Source of the DNA: a virus
Lineage: Duplodnaviria; Caudoviricetes
DNA length: 64,000 nt
Reading direction: 5' to 3' (one strand)
IMG/VR virus record: IMGVR_UViG_3300021091_000011
In this document: positions 25,767 to 35,900 of the stretch, in pieces
How the letters are laid out: each line of letters starts with the position of its first letter
Position numbering within the stretch: position 1 is the first letter of the stretch
Notes under the pieces: generated by a model
The model's database searches: none
What the model saw: the letters and a program-made list of their open reading frames with translations, nothing else
What the model was told of the DNA's origin: nothing
Program-made: the position numbers and the translations under genes

Positions 25767-26196
25767 AACCGCGACCATCGCAAATCGGCCCAAGCCCCGA
25801 CTCAAGCGACTCCGGATGCGTGAGCTTCCGGCCACACTTGCCACACTTGCCGTCGTGCCACACTTCAAGGCCCTCGGGGATCGTCCCCGCCGCGATGCGC
25901 TCCCACGCCCAAGCGAAAGCCTTGTGACTCGGAGCGTCCGCACCGATCTTCGACTTCGCCGTGCGAATGAACCCACCGTTGGCCCCGATCAGGCCCATGT
26001 ACGCATAGGACGCCTCGTTGTCAGGACCGTTCAGGACCTTGACGAACCGAACCTTGCCGCCGTCCTTCGGCTCCTGCACCTTGAAGGTGAAGTGACGGCC
26101 CGTGGCCGTGCTCTTGAAAGTCACCGTGGCGTTGCCGCCAAGGATGAAAGCAGCGGCGTGGTCGGCGTTCTGGATCGGGCGGGCGTTCGCGTTCAT
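25765..26196 (-). CDS. DUF6011-like protein
   Basis: ATG at 26196 after GGAG: FILGGNATVTFKS..TGRHFTFKV...FVKVLNGPDNE...WHDGKCGKCGRKLTHPESLESGLGPIC. Confidence 0.8.
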   Translation of the reverse strand: MNANARPIQNADHAAAFILGGNATVTFKSTATGRHFTFKVQEPKDGGKVRFVKVLNGPDNEASYAYMGLIGANGGFIRTAKSKIGADAPSHKAFAWAWERIAAGTIPEGLEVWHDGKCGKCGRKLTHPESLESGLGPICDGRG

Positions 26197-26227
26197 GTTC
26201 GGTGCTCCTAGTTTGCTTGGTTCGTCG

Positions 26228-26327
26228 CTTACACCATCCAAACGGTCGCAGGACGCCCGAAAAACCGAAAAAGTGACGTCGATTTTCGGTTTTCTTAGCC
26301 CGAAGCAACCGTTTGGATGGTGTAAGC
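26228..26327. promoter_or_regulatory. Back-to-back divergent pair of the bipartite motif (copies 8 and 9)
   Basis: CTTACACCATCCAAACGG-N14-AAAAACCGAAAAAGTGACGTCGATTTTCGGTTTTC-N14-CCGTTTGGATGGTGTAAG. Confidence 0.75.
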
Positions 26328-26356
26328 GCAAGAAACCACTTTCTAGGGAGCCTTCG

Positions 26357-26494
26357 ATGAAGTTCCGCGACAACAAGATTGCCACCGCCCGCACCGAGGC
26401 GGGAATCGTGCGATCCAAGGCGGCTCGCAAGGCCGCGATCCGCGCGGTACGCCGCGCACGCATCCTCTTCATCGAGGATAGCGCGAAGAACTGA
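26357..26494 (+). CDS. 45-aa basic peptide, copy 1
   Basis: GGGAG RBS; MKFRDNKIATARTEAGIVRSKAARKAAIRAVRRARILFIEDSAKN. Confidence 0.7.
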   Translation: MKFRDNKIATARTEAGIVRSKAARKAAIRAVRRARILFIEDSAKN

Positions 26495-26495
26495 T

Positions 26496-26542
26496 GATTT
26501 TCGGTTTTCCAAGCGGCCCCGAACCGTTTGGATGGTGTAAGC
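26496..26542 (+). promoter_or_regulatory. Bipartite motif, copy 10
   Basis: GATTTTCGGTTTTC-N14-CCGTTTGGATGGTGTAAG. Confidence 0.75.
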
Positions 26543-26571
26543 GCAAGAAACCACTTTATAGGAGACTTTCG

Positions 26572-26709
26572 ATGAAGTTCCGCGACAACAAGATTGCCAC
26601 CGCCCGCACCGAGGCGGGAATCGTGCGGTCCAAGGCGGCTCGCAAGGCCGCGATCCGCGCGGTACGCCGCGCACGCAGCCTCTTCATCGAGGATAGCGCG
26701 AAGAACTGA
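26572..26709 (+). CDS. 45-aa basic peptide, copy 2
   Basis: AGGAG RBS; identical to copy 1 except one I-to-S change. Confidence 0.7.
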   Translation: MKFRDNKIATARTEAGIVRSKAARKAAIRAVRRARSLFIEDSAKN

Positions 26710-26755
26710 GATTTTCGGTTTTCCAAGCGGCCCCGAACCGTTTGGATGGTGTAAC
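26710..26755 (+). promoter_or_regulatory. Bipartite motif, copy 11
   Basis: GATTTTCGGTTTTC-N14-CCGTTTGGATGGTGTAAC. Confidence 0.75.
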
Positions 26756-26784
26756 CACAACTTGAAACCTTGCAGGAGTAGAAC

Positions 26785-27153
26785 ATGAAATTCGTCAACC
26801 TCACGCCCCACGATATCGTGCTCGCGTCCGGCGAGAACAACGCCAAGCGCATGACGATCCCCGCGAGCGGGATCGTCGCGCGAGTCTCAAGCACGCCCGG
26901 CGCGGCTGAGACAATCGACGGCGTGCCCGTCCCCGTGATGGGCCGTCAAACTTGGGGCAGCGTCGAAGGTCTCCCCGACCCCGTGCCCAACACACTCTAC
27001 ATCGTCAGCGGGGTCGTTCTCGCTCGACCCGAGTGCCAAAGCCGTATGGACGTCGTTGGCCCGGGCACCGGACCCAACGACAACGCCATTCGATACACCG
27101 ACGGTCCCCGAAAGGGGCAGGTCGAAGCGGTCACCCGACTCGTTCGCGGTTGA
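26785..27153 (+). CDS. Conserved hypothetical phage protein (NLTPH family)
   Basis: MKFVNLTPHDI...SGIVARV...VEGLPDP...LYIVS...R.DVVGP. Confidence 0.75.
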   Translation: MKFVNLTPHDIVLASGENNAKRMTIPASGIVARVSSTPGAAETIDGVPVPVMGRQTWGSVEGLPDPVPNTLYIVSGVVLARPECQSRMDVVGPGTGPNDNAIRYTDGPRKGQVEAVTRLVRG

Positions 27154-27200
27154 CGATTTTCGGTTTTCCAAGCGGCCCCAAACCGTTTGGATGGTGTAAC
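27154..27200 (+). promoter_or_regulatory. Bipartite motif, copy 12
   Basis: GATTTTCGGTTTTC-N14-CCGTTTGGATGGTGTAAC. Confidence 0.75.
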
Positions 27201-27230
27201 CCTAACTTGAAACATTCCTTGCAGGAGTAG

Positions 27231-28313
27231 ATGAACATGAACGCGATCCCCAACGAAGTGCTCGAAGCGTGGCAGAACCGCCCGATCAAGACCCGCCGCC
27301 CCGCCCCCCGACTCGTCGATCTCACCGTTGAGATTGGCGACGTCGAAGTGCCCGTCGATACGGGCATCACGGCGAGCGATTGCTTGCCTATGCCCGAAGG
27401 CTACAAGTTCCCCACTAAGGGTGCGGCCAAGAAGTGTACCGAGCGCGCAATCCACGCGCTCGTGAAGGGCCGAAACGCCTTCATTCACGGGATGCCGGGC
27501 ACGGGCAAGGACGCAATCGTCCACGCCTTCAGCGCCATGACCCGCAAGCCCGTGCTCATGGTCACTTTCCGGCCCGGGACCGATCTCGCACCTTGGTTCT
27601 ATATGCGGTCATACACGGCGGGCGAAACCGGATGGCGCTACGGCGCACTCTGGAACGCACTCACCGAGGGCGTTATGGGCACCGACGGTAAGCCCCGCGC
27701 ACCGCTGATCCTGCTCTCCGACGTTGACCGCGCCGATAGCGCGCAAGCAGAGTGGTTCCGAATCTTGACGGACAGCATTTCGGGCCGGATTCTCGGACCC
27801 GATGGACGCATGGTGCCGATCTTCCCCGGTACGCAGTTTGTCTGCACCGCCAACTCCTGCGGCACGGGCGATAGCCGTGGCCGCATGACCAGCGCAAACC
27901 CCATCGACGCCTCCATCATGGACCGCTTGGGCCGCGCAATCGAGTTCACCTACCTGCATTGGGACGACGAGGTTCAGGTCCTCCGCGAGAAGTTCCCGCT
28001 TCTCGTCGAAAAGGCCCCCGACGTGTTCACGCAGTTGCAGGGGTGCTGCGAGGCACTTCGCAAGGCAATCAAGAACGAGGAAATCTACGGCGAGTTCACG
28101 CACCGTGGCATCTGCGACGTGCTGGCCGAAGCCCAAGACCGACTCGAAATTACGGGCAAGAGCGACAAACTGCTTCAAACAGGCTTCATGGCTTGGCTCC
28201 ACCGACTCGACGCCGATAACCGACTCGCCGCAAAGCGACTCATCGACCCCTTTATGAAGGGTGGCGCAATCGCCGACGACATTGGTGAGGCCGAATCCAC
28301 CGAATCCCCCTAA
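27231..28313 (+). CDS. MoxR/CobS-like AAA+ ATPase
   Basis: Walker A GMPGTGKD; Walker B-like ILLSDVDR; VCTANSCG; DASIMDRL. Confidence 0.85.
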   Translation: MNMNAIPNEVLEAWQNRPIKTRRPAPRLVDLTVEIGDVEVPVDTGITASDCLPMPEGYKFPTKGAAKKCTERAIHALVKGRNAFIHGMPGTGKDAIVHAFSAMTRKPVLMVTFRPGTDLAPWFYMRSYTAGETGWRYGALWNALTEGVMGTDGKPRAPLILLSDVDRADSAQAEWFRILTDSISGRILGPDGRMVPIFPGTQFVCTANSCGTGDSRGRMTSANPIDASIMDRLGRAIEFTYLHWDDEVQVLREKFPLLVEKAPDVFTQLQGCCEALRKAIKNEEIYGEFTHRGICDVLAEAQDRLEITGKSDKLLQTGFMAWLHRLDADNRLAAKRLIDPFMKGGAIADDIGEAESTESP

Positions 28314-28320
28314 AAAGCGC

Positions 28321-28368
28321 CGATTTTCGGTTTTCCTAGACCGAACCAACCGTCTGAATAGTGTAAGC
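28321..28368 (+). promoter_or_regulatory. Bipartite motif, copy 13 (variant CCGTCTGAATAGTGTAAG)
   Basis: GATTTTCGGTTTTC-N14-CCGTCTGAATAGTGTAAG. Confidence 0.7.
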
Positions 28369-28403
28369 GCCACTTGAAACATTCCTTGCGGGAGTAGCCG
28401 AAC

Positions 28404-28775
28404 ATGAACACGATTGTCACTTTTAGAGGCCGAAACACGGCGGGTATCCTCGACGATGCCCGCGCCAATGGCCTGCTCACCGACGAGAGCAAGGTCATCG
28501 TCGTCTCCCGAGAGGGTGACGCACTCGCAGGGCCGTCCGACGTGACGAATGCGCCCATGCCCGATGACGATCAGGTCATCGGCGAGCTTATCGTCATCGC
28601 CAACGGCGGGACGACCAAGCAATCCGCGAAGTATTTGTTCAATTTAGGCAAGTACGACGTGGCATCGCACTACGGCGACCGCCCACGGAACAAGTTTCGG
28701 GTCGTCGAGATTCAACAAGGCGGCGCATACGAAGTGCTCTGCCGATGGGGTTACACCCAACTGCCAAACGAGTAA
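28404..28775 (+). CDS. Hypothetical protein ending in a truncated WGR-like segment
   Basis: C-terminal RNKFRVVEIQQGGAYEVLCRWG. Confidence 0.55.
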   Translation: MNTIVTFRGRNTAGILDDARANGLLTDESKVIVVSREGDALAGPSDVTNAPMPDDDQVIGELIVIANGGTTKQSAKYLFNLGKYDVASHYGDRPRNKFRVVEIQQGGAYEVLCRWGYTQLPNE

Positions 28776-28777
28776 GT

Positions 28778-29086
28778 ATGAAGCGCGATTCAGAAACACG
28801 CTGGCTGACTAAGATACTGCCTGTGGTGCAGGCTTACAGCCAAGCCGTCGCCTACAACGAGTTCGTCACGTTTTTGAACCCGAAGTACAGGGGACAAAAC
28901 TTCAGTTGGGTCCGCTTCGTGGACATCTGCGAAAGAACCGCCGAGATCTCGGCGTACTCATGCTTTTCAGTCCGTGATTGGAATAAGTACCAAGACCGAA
29001 TCACGGAGCACGCCAAACGATACGTCCGCTTGCACGCGCAAGAAGCGTTGGAGCGTTCTGGAATCCTGGAATGGTGGGAGAAGTAA
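28778..29086 (+). CDS. Hypothetical protein
   Basis: ATG two bases after the previous stop; about 100 aa. Confidence 0.6.
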   Translation: MKRDSETRWLTKILPVVQAYSQAVAYNEFVTFLNPKYRGQNFSWVRFVDICERTAEISAYSCFSVRDWNKYQDRITEHAKRYVRLHAQEALERSGILEWWEK

Positions 29087-29173
29087 ATATGTTCGACTCA
29101 TACCAGCCCATTAAGAACCACCTCGACCACAACACCAAACTCAAACATCAGTCAGACGGATCAGGTGATTCAT

Positions 29174-29204
29174 AAAAAGGCTCCTCGCGGGCCTTTTTGT
29201 TTTT
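29174..29204. terminator. Bidirectional-type Rho-independent terminator
   Basis: AAAAAGGC-loop-GCCTTTTTGTTTTT at the end of the accessory region. Confidence 0.7.
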
Positions 29205-29377
29205 ACTCGTCTGATTTTAACGCGCGTGTTTGTCTATACGAATGAATCAAATAGATTCAACCTAAATCCATACGGCCTTTACACGACCTTATTTCTTAGT
29301 GATTACAAAGACTTGCTTATCGAACCCATCTTGAGTTTGAATCGGTAAAATACAGGGCGCACAGAAAAAGGCGAAAG

Positions 29378-29935
29378 ATGAGCCTTAGTATCTCACTTAA
29401 CTCTAGTGCTGCGAAGTCCGGTATCTCTGGACCGCTTTGGTTTGCGTTTAGTCGAGAATTCGGCTTGGCTTTGGCTTCATGGTTGAACGCGAGTGCCTAC
29501 GGCTATTCGCCTCTTGGTATTGCGCCTCCGGCTCCGTCTCCGATTTCAGTAACGGGCTCGGGTCGATTGCAGACGTTTCGTGTGAGGTCACCTTCTGGCG
29601 TCAGTTCGGGACCTTTGGGCGTGAACACGGAGCGTGCGATTCTGGATGCGTTGGTTTTCGTGCCAATGGTTTTGAAGCCTCTAGGTTCTGGTTCGGGCTC
29701 TGGTGTGAGTCCTATATTGCCTTCGGGTAGTTTCCGTTCGAGTCTTGGTCCGTTGGGTGGTTATCTGGTCGCGCGTGTGGGGACGTTATCTGGTCCTGTT
29801 GGCAAGTCTTGGCTTTTGGATTTCGGTACTCGTCTGGAATCAGGTATGTCGTTTGTGGGTACTGCGACGGTGATTTCTCAAGTGCCTGTCCCCGTCCCCG
29901 TGATCGTATCTGTGGGGGTGATATGTCCTTTGTGA
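29378..29935 (+). CDS. Hypothetical (probably structural) protein
   Basis: 185-aa Gly/Ser/Pro-rich ORF heading the structural operon. Confidence 0.55.
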   Translation: MSLSISLNSSAAKSGISGPLWFAFSREFGLALASWLNASAYGYSPLGIAPPAPSPISVTGSGRLQTFRVRSPSGVSSGPLGVNTERAILDALVFVPMVLKPLGSGSGSGVSPILPSGSFRSSLGPLGGYLVARVGTLSGPVGKSWLLDFGTRLESGMSFVGTATVISQVPVPVPVIVSVGVICPL

Positions 29936-32900
29936 TTAGCGGGTCTGGTGATCTATCTGGTGCGGTGGTCTGTGTGCCGAGCATCTGGATTAGACTTGGT
30001 GATCCTTGGACGAGGGTTTGTCCTCAACCTGCGAACGCGGTCAATCTTTTTGCATCAGCCGCCGTGAACAATAGCAATAGTGCGGTCACTCTCACGCCTC
30101 GTGCGGTCGACTTGTATCATTGGGTTGAATCTGGCGTTGAGGTTAGAAATGTCGGCGCGATTAAGCCTTCTGGCAACGTCATACCGAGTGGGTTTGCTGT
30201 TGGCGATCAACTGCCTGATTACTTTCTTTTGGGTTTGGGCGGTGTGAGTGTTGATTGCGAGTTAGTGAGTAACAATCCCGGTGGCTTAACGCCTAATAGG
30301 GCTTACCTAAACATTAACAACGGCGAGTTTTACTTAGGCGCGGGCTTGATACTCGAAACTTTGCAGTACGGCCTAGACACCGTGCAGAGTTTAGTGGTTG
30401 GGGGGGATAACAAGGCCCGAGTTTGGGTGAATACGCTGCGTGTTGGCTTGGGTTTGGTTTTGTCTGACTGTATCTACGGCGTGTTAAACTGCCGTCTAGT
30501 AATCTCTGACTCAGACTTGCCTTTGCCTGCTGGTATTAGCCCGACTGAGTTTTACTTATCGCTTGCTTCGGGCTTGTGTGTATTTTCTTCGGTTTATATT
30601 TCTGGTCGTGTGCTGAAAATCTTGGGCGTGGGCGTTTCTAGTAATCCCGTGCCGAATGTTCGTCATGTAGTATTGAATGCGAACGGTCGTGGACAGGTTC
30701 CCGCAGCCGATTCGTTGACCTTGTGGCCGTCGAACTTAGCGGGTTGGTCGCGTGGGCCGATTACGGCGGTTGGCGATAGACCTTCGGCGTGGGGTGTTGT
30801 TACTGAGAATTCGGGCGAGTTGTTTATCGTGGGCAAGCGTGATTTGCTTGCGATTGTCGAGTATGACTCGGACTTGCCGACGCAGGGTTACGGTTTGAAT
30901 CGTGAGCGGGGGTATTACTCGCTTGAGTCTGGTGCTTTGCAGGTTCGTTCGGGTGTGGGCAACGAAGTTGTTGATTTCAAGTGTGGGTTAGTGCCTGTTG
31001 GTTTTGAGGCTCCTGTTGGCGTCGTCAGTTTAGTGGGTTTGCTTCGTGGTCCGTTTGACTTGAGCGGCGAGACATTTGTTTTCGCGCTTGACGGCGTTGT
31101 GACGTCATTTACGTTGCCGATTGGTAGATATACTTCGGGTCAGTTGGCCGTGTTGCTTAATGCGGCCTCTGGTGTTCCGAATGCGTGGTTTGATTTAGCG
31201 GGTGGTTTGGCTTGCGTAGCGAACGCGAGCATTGAGATTGGTTGGGGCGACGCTCGTATTGGTTTCGCGCAGGGTTGGATTGTCACGTCGGGCGCGCGTT
31301 GGAATTCTTACAACGGCTTGGCGATGGGCTTATATCGTCAGGTGGGCGAGGGGGATTTGACCGTCCGTTTGTACGGCGAGGTGGACGATGAGATTCTGGT
31401 CGAGAAGATCGGCGAATCTTCGTTGGTCTATTTGGGTCAAGGTTTTCCGGACGCGCTGCAATCTGGTTATGAGCCCGATGGTTTCTTTGAGATTGTGGGT
31501 TCCAACGGCTTGATTTCGCAGCCGTTGTCGGGTCGTCCGACGGCGGGCGTTTTCACGAGTTCGTGGGGCGTGGGTTTGCTTTTAGATTGCGTGGAGCGCA
31601 ATCGTTTCTCGTGGGTCGAGCGTTTTGAGACGGGGTCTATTTCAGTAGACAACGGCGTGGATCAAATCACGCTCGACGGCTTGGGCGTGATTTCACTTAC
31701 TCTTGAGGTCCAAGAGCCGAATTTGCCGTGGTTGCCGCAGGAGTATGTTCTCGTCGGCAACACGGCGTTGTTTTCATCGCGCATCGGCGCGGATTTACTA
31801 TCGGGCGGCGTGGGCGAGTCTGTATCTGGCGTTTTCACGGACGTCACGATTGCTGATTTCACAGTTGCAAACGTGAACGTCGGTGACTTGCTGGTGACGA
31901 GCGATAATCTCGTCTATCGAATCATCAGCGTCGCGGCGGGTGCGTTGGGTTTATATCCGAGTGATTCGTTCGGGCTTGTGGGTTGGCAGGTTTTAGATAC
32001 CGAGCCTGTTGGTTTAGCCGTGTACGATCCGGCTTTGATTGCCGACAGGCAGTTTTTACAGTTGCCGACGTGGGACGGTGGTGATCCGTTTGCGATTCGG
32101 GTGATTACGCCGTTATCGGGCGCGACGGCGAATCTTTCTAAGCCCTATGCGAAGTCGCTCCGTTACGGTGCTGTGGACGCGGGCAATAGTGCTTTGGACT
32201 TGCTTGTGCGTGGCGTGAGCATGGGCGCTTTGTCCTCGCAGATGCAGATGCCTGCTTTTGTTTTGTCAGACCCGCATTACACGACGAGTACGGCGGGTGG
32301 TTTTTACTTCAGCCTTCGTGTGCCGACGGCTGTGATCGTGATTACGTCGGCCTTCACGGTGCCTTCGCCGCCGCTTGGCGTGATCGAAGTCGGCCTATTC
32401 GGTTCGGGCATCAGCGGCCAAGTGCGTGTCGCATCGAACTTAGTGACGGCCTATGCTGATTTATTGGTCTACTACGATCAAGAGTTCTTGCCCGCTGGCG
32501 TGATCGTGAACGCCGAGGGCGATATAGCGACGGGTGCATTGAACATTCCGACGGCGTATGCGGGCGAGTCGTTGTTCTTGGTCGAGAAATACACGTCGGA
32601 TTCGGTGACGGTGAGCCCTGTTCCGGGCACGGCGTTTTTTCAGACGCCGATTGAGCCGAGGCAATACGTTGAGGCGACGTATTACCCGACGAACTCGGGT
32701 GGTGTGAATAAGACGGGCGACTTGATTGTCGAGTTCATGCCCATTTCGATTCGATTGGAGGAAGCGACGCGCATCAATGCGCGGCTTTACAGTTTCAATC
32801 CATCGGGCTTGGCGTATGACTCTGCTTCGGAGCCGATGATTTGGGTCGGTGCCGAGATGCAGAATTACTCGGGCAATCTTACTGCTACTGTAAACGGTGC

Positions 32901-35900
32901 ATTGTCGCAGATAGCCTTTACTTACGACGTGCCCATAACGTCGAAGGTTCAGATTACCTACTCGGTGCTCAACGCGCCTTTGGGCACGGCTTCTCAGTCG
33001 TATCAGGTCACGCAGGCTCCGGTGTGGCAACCGCCGTTCTGGTTGAACGCGGGTCAATCGGTGTTTGTGTTGGAGGGTGATCGTACTGCGACGGTCGCGC
33101 CGGATCATTTGATCGGCGTGGGCGGGAAATACGTCGCTTATGTGCAGGGCGTCACGTTATTGCCGAGCGGCGATACGCAGGTCGAGATTTACCCCGCGCC
33201 TGTGCGCGAAGTCGGTTCACGTTCGCCCGGCGTAGATCAAGGCTTGGTGATCACGGATCGTAATGTAACGGACGTGGACTTTATTCAGGTCGTCCCGAAC
33301 GCATTTCTCGGTGCGGGCGTTGGCGCGAGCCTGATTCAGTTTTACGGCGATGCGAGGTCAATCATCGCGCCGAGGCATTTGATTGACCTCGACGGCGTTC
33401 CGTATCTAGTCCAGAACGTCCAACTCACGAGCGATGGGCGCAAGACCGTCGCTTACCTGCAAATTCCTTTGCAGCGTGACGTGGCCGAGGGGTCAGTCGT
33501 CAAGTGCTCTTTTAGGCCCATTTACCAGAATCAGCCCATAGATTTCACTATCTCGGGCACGCAGATTACGGGCACGAGTTTCACGGCTATTTTATTCTCG
33601 TCTGATTCTTCGATTCCTGGCAAAGTTCTAGTCCCGAATACCCAATACGTCGTCGAAAACGGCGCGCTCAAGTTTCAGACGCAGTTTCAGACGCCTTTGC
33701 AGCCGAATGAACGGTTGTACGCGAGTTACACGAAAAGCAAGGTGATTTCGCCGACGATGATTGACGATGCTTTGGTCGTGCCGAAGTATCGTGCGACGTA
33801 CTTGGCGATTACGCAGCCTTCGGACGCAAATGGTCTGTTGGGCGGCGTGTTGAAAGGCAAGTATTTCTATCTCGACGCTGAATCGTTCACGCTGAAGATT
33901 CAGCCGATTGCCGACTACTTGCCCATAGTATTACTCGACGCGGCACGTCGTCCCGAGAATCCCGATGATACGGCCACCCCGACGCCTTTCCCGCAAGGCG
34001 GCGCGGTGACTGTGCAGAAGCAGGCCGAGAATGCGCGCAACGCCTATTGGGATGCCTTGAATCTCGATGCGGGTGGGCGCGTGTTCGTCACGCTGTTTAA
34101 CAACGCCGTGACGCCCTTCGAGCAAGTGCTTGAGACCATCGACGGTCGCGTCATCGGTGACCGCGATGGCAAACTGCGGTTGTATGTCGGTCCCGAGTCC
34201 GTCACGCCTATTGCGGGCGGTGTTTATGCGCTCACGTCGCATTTGTACCCGCGCGTCGTATGGCGTGATTTGTTGGAAGCGTGGTCGCCGAATACGTCCG
34301 GCTGGTTCTTCATGCCCGACGACTTTATCTATGACCCTCGCTCTATCACGTTGGGCGTAAATCCGGGCTCTTTGAACGGTTACCCGCCTTCCGGCCCTGA
34401 TCTGGATTTCTTCATTGACTTGCAGCGCGAGTATCAGCGCAACGACGTAGACGACGTTCTAATGACGTCGTTCAAGCGCAACGTAACGCTCGCTAACACG
34501 CTATTGCCCGTCATTACGTTCAAGGGCCGCTTCGAAAGTGCGTGGCAACCTAACGCATTCTCACGGCTCTATCCCGAGCAGACGCGCTATTTCACGCGGC
34601 TATTGCCGGGCCTTGAGGCGCAGATTGACGCTAACACGGGCGAAGTAATCGACGCAGGCTTTTACTCAGCCGGACGGCTGCTGCCCGTCGCTGGTACTCA
34701 GCCCGGAACGACAGTTAACAAGGTCGTCAAAACGCGCAACACGGTCATCGGGCAAATCTCGAACCCCGTCTTGGGCGAACTCAAGAACGTATCTGATATC
34801 ACGGCCAATGACCGTGGACCTCGTGCGCGCGTGTGGGCCTATTATCCGAACGGCAACGCCGCTTTAGATGCCGCACTTGCTTTGGCGACGCCGACGGTTG
34901 GCCGCGCTACGCTGGTGTTGACGCCTCAGACGATTAACGACTTCGTGATAGATCAAATCACGGGCTTTCCGGACACGAGCCTGCTGGTCACGAATGGCGG
35001 CGCGAATCCTGACGTGAACTCAGGTGATGCCGAACTGTCTACGCCGGAGTTTGCCTCCGGCGATCAGATTCTCTTGGGCAATCCCGACGGCACGGTTCGA
35101 ACCGTTTACTTGCCCGCATCCGGCCTTGGCGCTGCCGAGAATCCCGTGTTCGTGGACGATATTCAGGCCGGATGCGTAGTCTTCCTGAAGGATTTGAACA
35201 ATAGTGCCCTTTCGGGCGCGCAGATTTTTATGTCGGACCCCATATCAGGTGGCGGCATTAGTTTTGATCCGACGCAGGGCGACACGATCTTCACGCCGAC
35301 GTCGCAAGCGGCGATTGCACCCAATCTTGTGAGTGATCCGGTGAGCCTCGCGGACGCCGCGAAGTTGATTGAGACGAACGGCGACTATCGAATTCAGAAT
35401 GACCTCAAGGTGCGCCGCAGGACGGGGCAGATTCTCGACGCCAGCCTGCCCGTCGTAGAGGACATTTGGGGGCTTCCGATTCAAGATTGGGCGGGTCAAA
35501 ACCCGCCGCTTCCGGGCTCTTGCATCGAAGGCACGGCTGATATTATCAACGCCGACTCGGAACCCGCCCGATTGCCCGCGCTCTTTGGCGGCACTCGTGA
35601 CGATTCCGGCGATAATCAGATTCCGTTTTTGGCGTTGGGCAACACGGAAATTCGGCTACTGCAACAAGCCTCGCGTTTGTTTGACGGCTTGTTTCTGGAC
35701 TCAGCGGCACCCGTTCAAGCGGTGTACCCCGATGAGATCGCGGTGTCCGATGGCGTGATTTACGGTGCGGTGACGGGTGGCTTGGAACCTGCGACGCTTT
35801 ACACGGCGACGGCGAACTTCACGCCTGTTTTCGTGGCGGGCTCTGGTGTCGGCCCCGCGCGCCAACGTGATTTCTTGCTTGTGCAGACCGGACAATCGCC

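Noticed and set aside
26021-26894. Long minus-strand ORFs containing repeated YTIQTV / LHHPNG peptides, including the upstream extension of 25765-26811
   Set aside because: These peptides are translations of the promoter motif itself. The real gene starts at ATG 26196 with its own RBS.
26228-27200. Regularly recurring repeats resembling a CRISPR array
   Set aside because: Units are separated by about 170-400 bp containing RBS-led ORFs, the repeat has a variable 14-nt core, and no cas genes are present. A promoter interpretation fits better.
29085-29112. GTTCGACTC T-loop-like sequence suggesting a tRNA
   Set aside because: No matching acceptor stem, D-arm or anticodon arm upstream; it lies at the start of a short ORF-like stretch.
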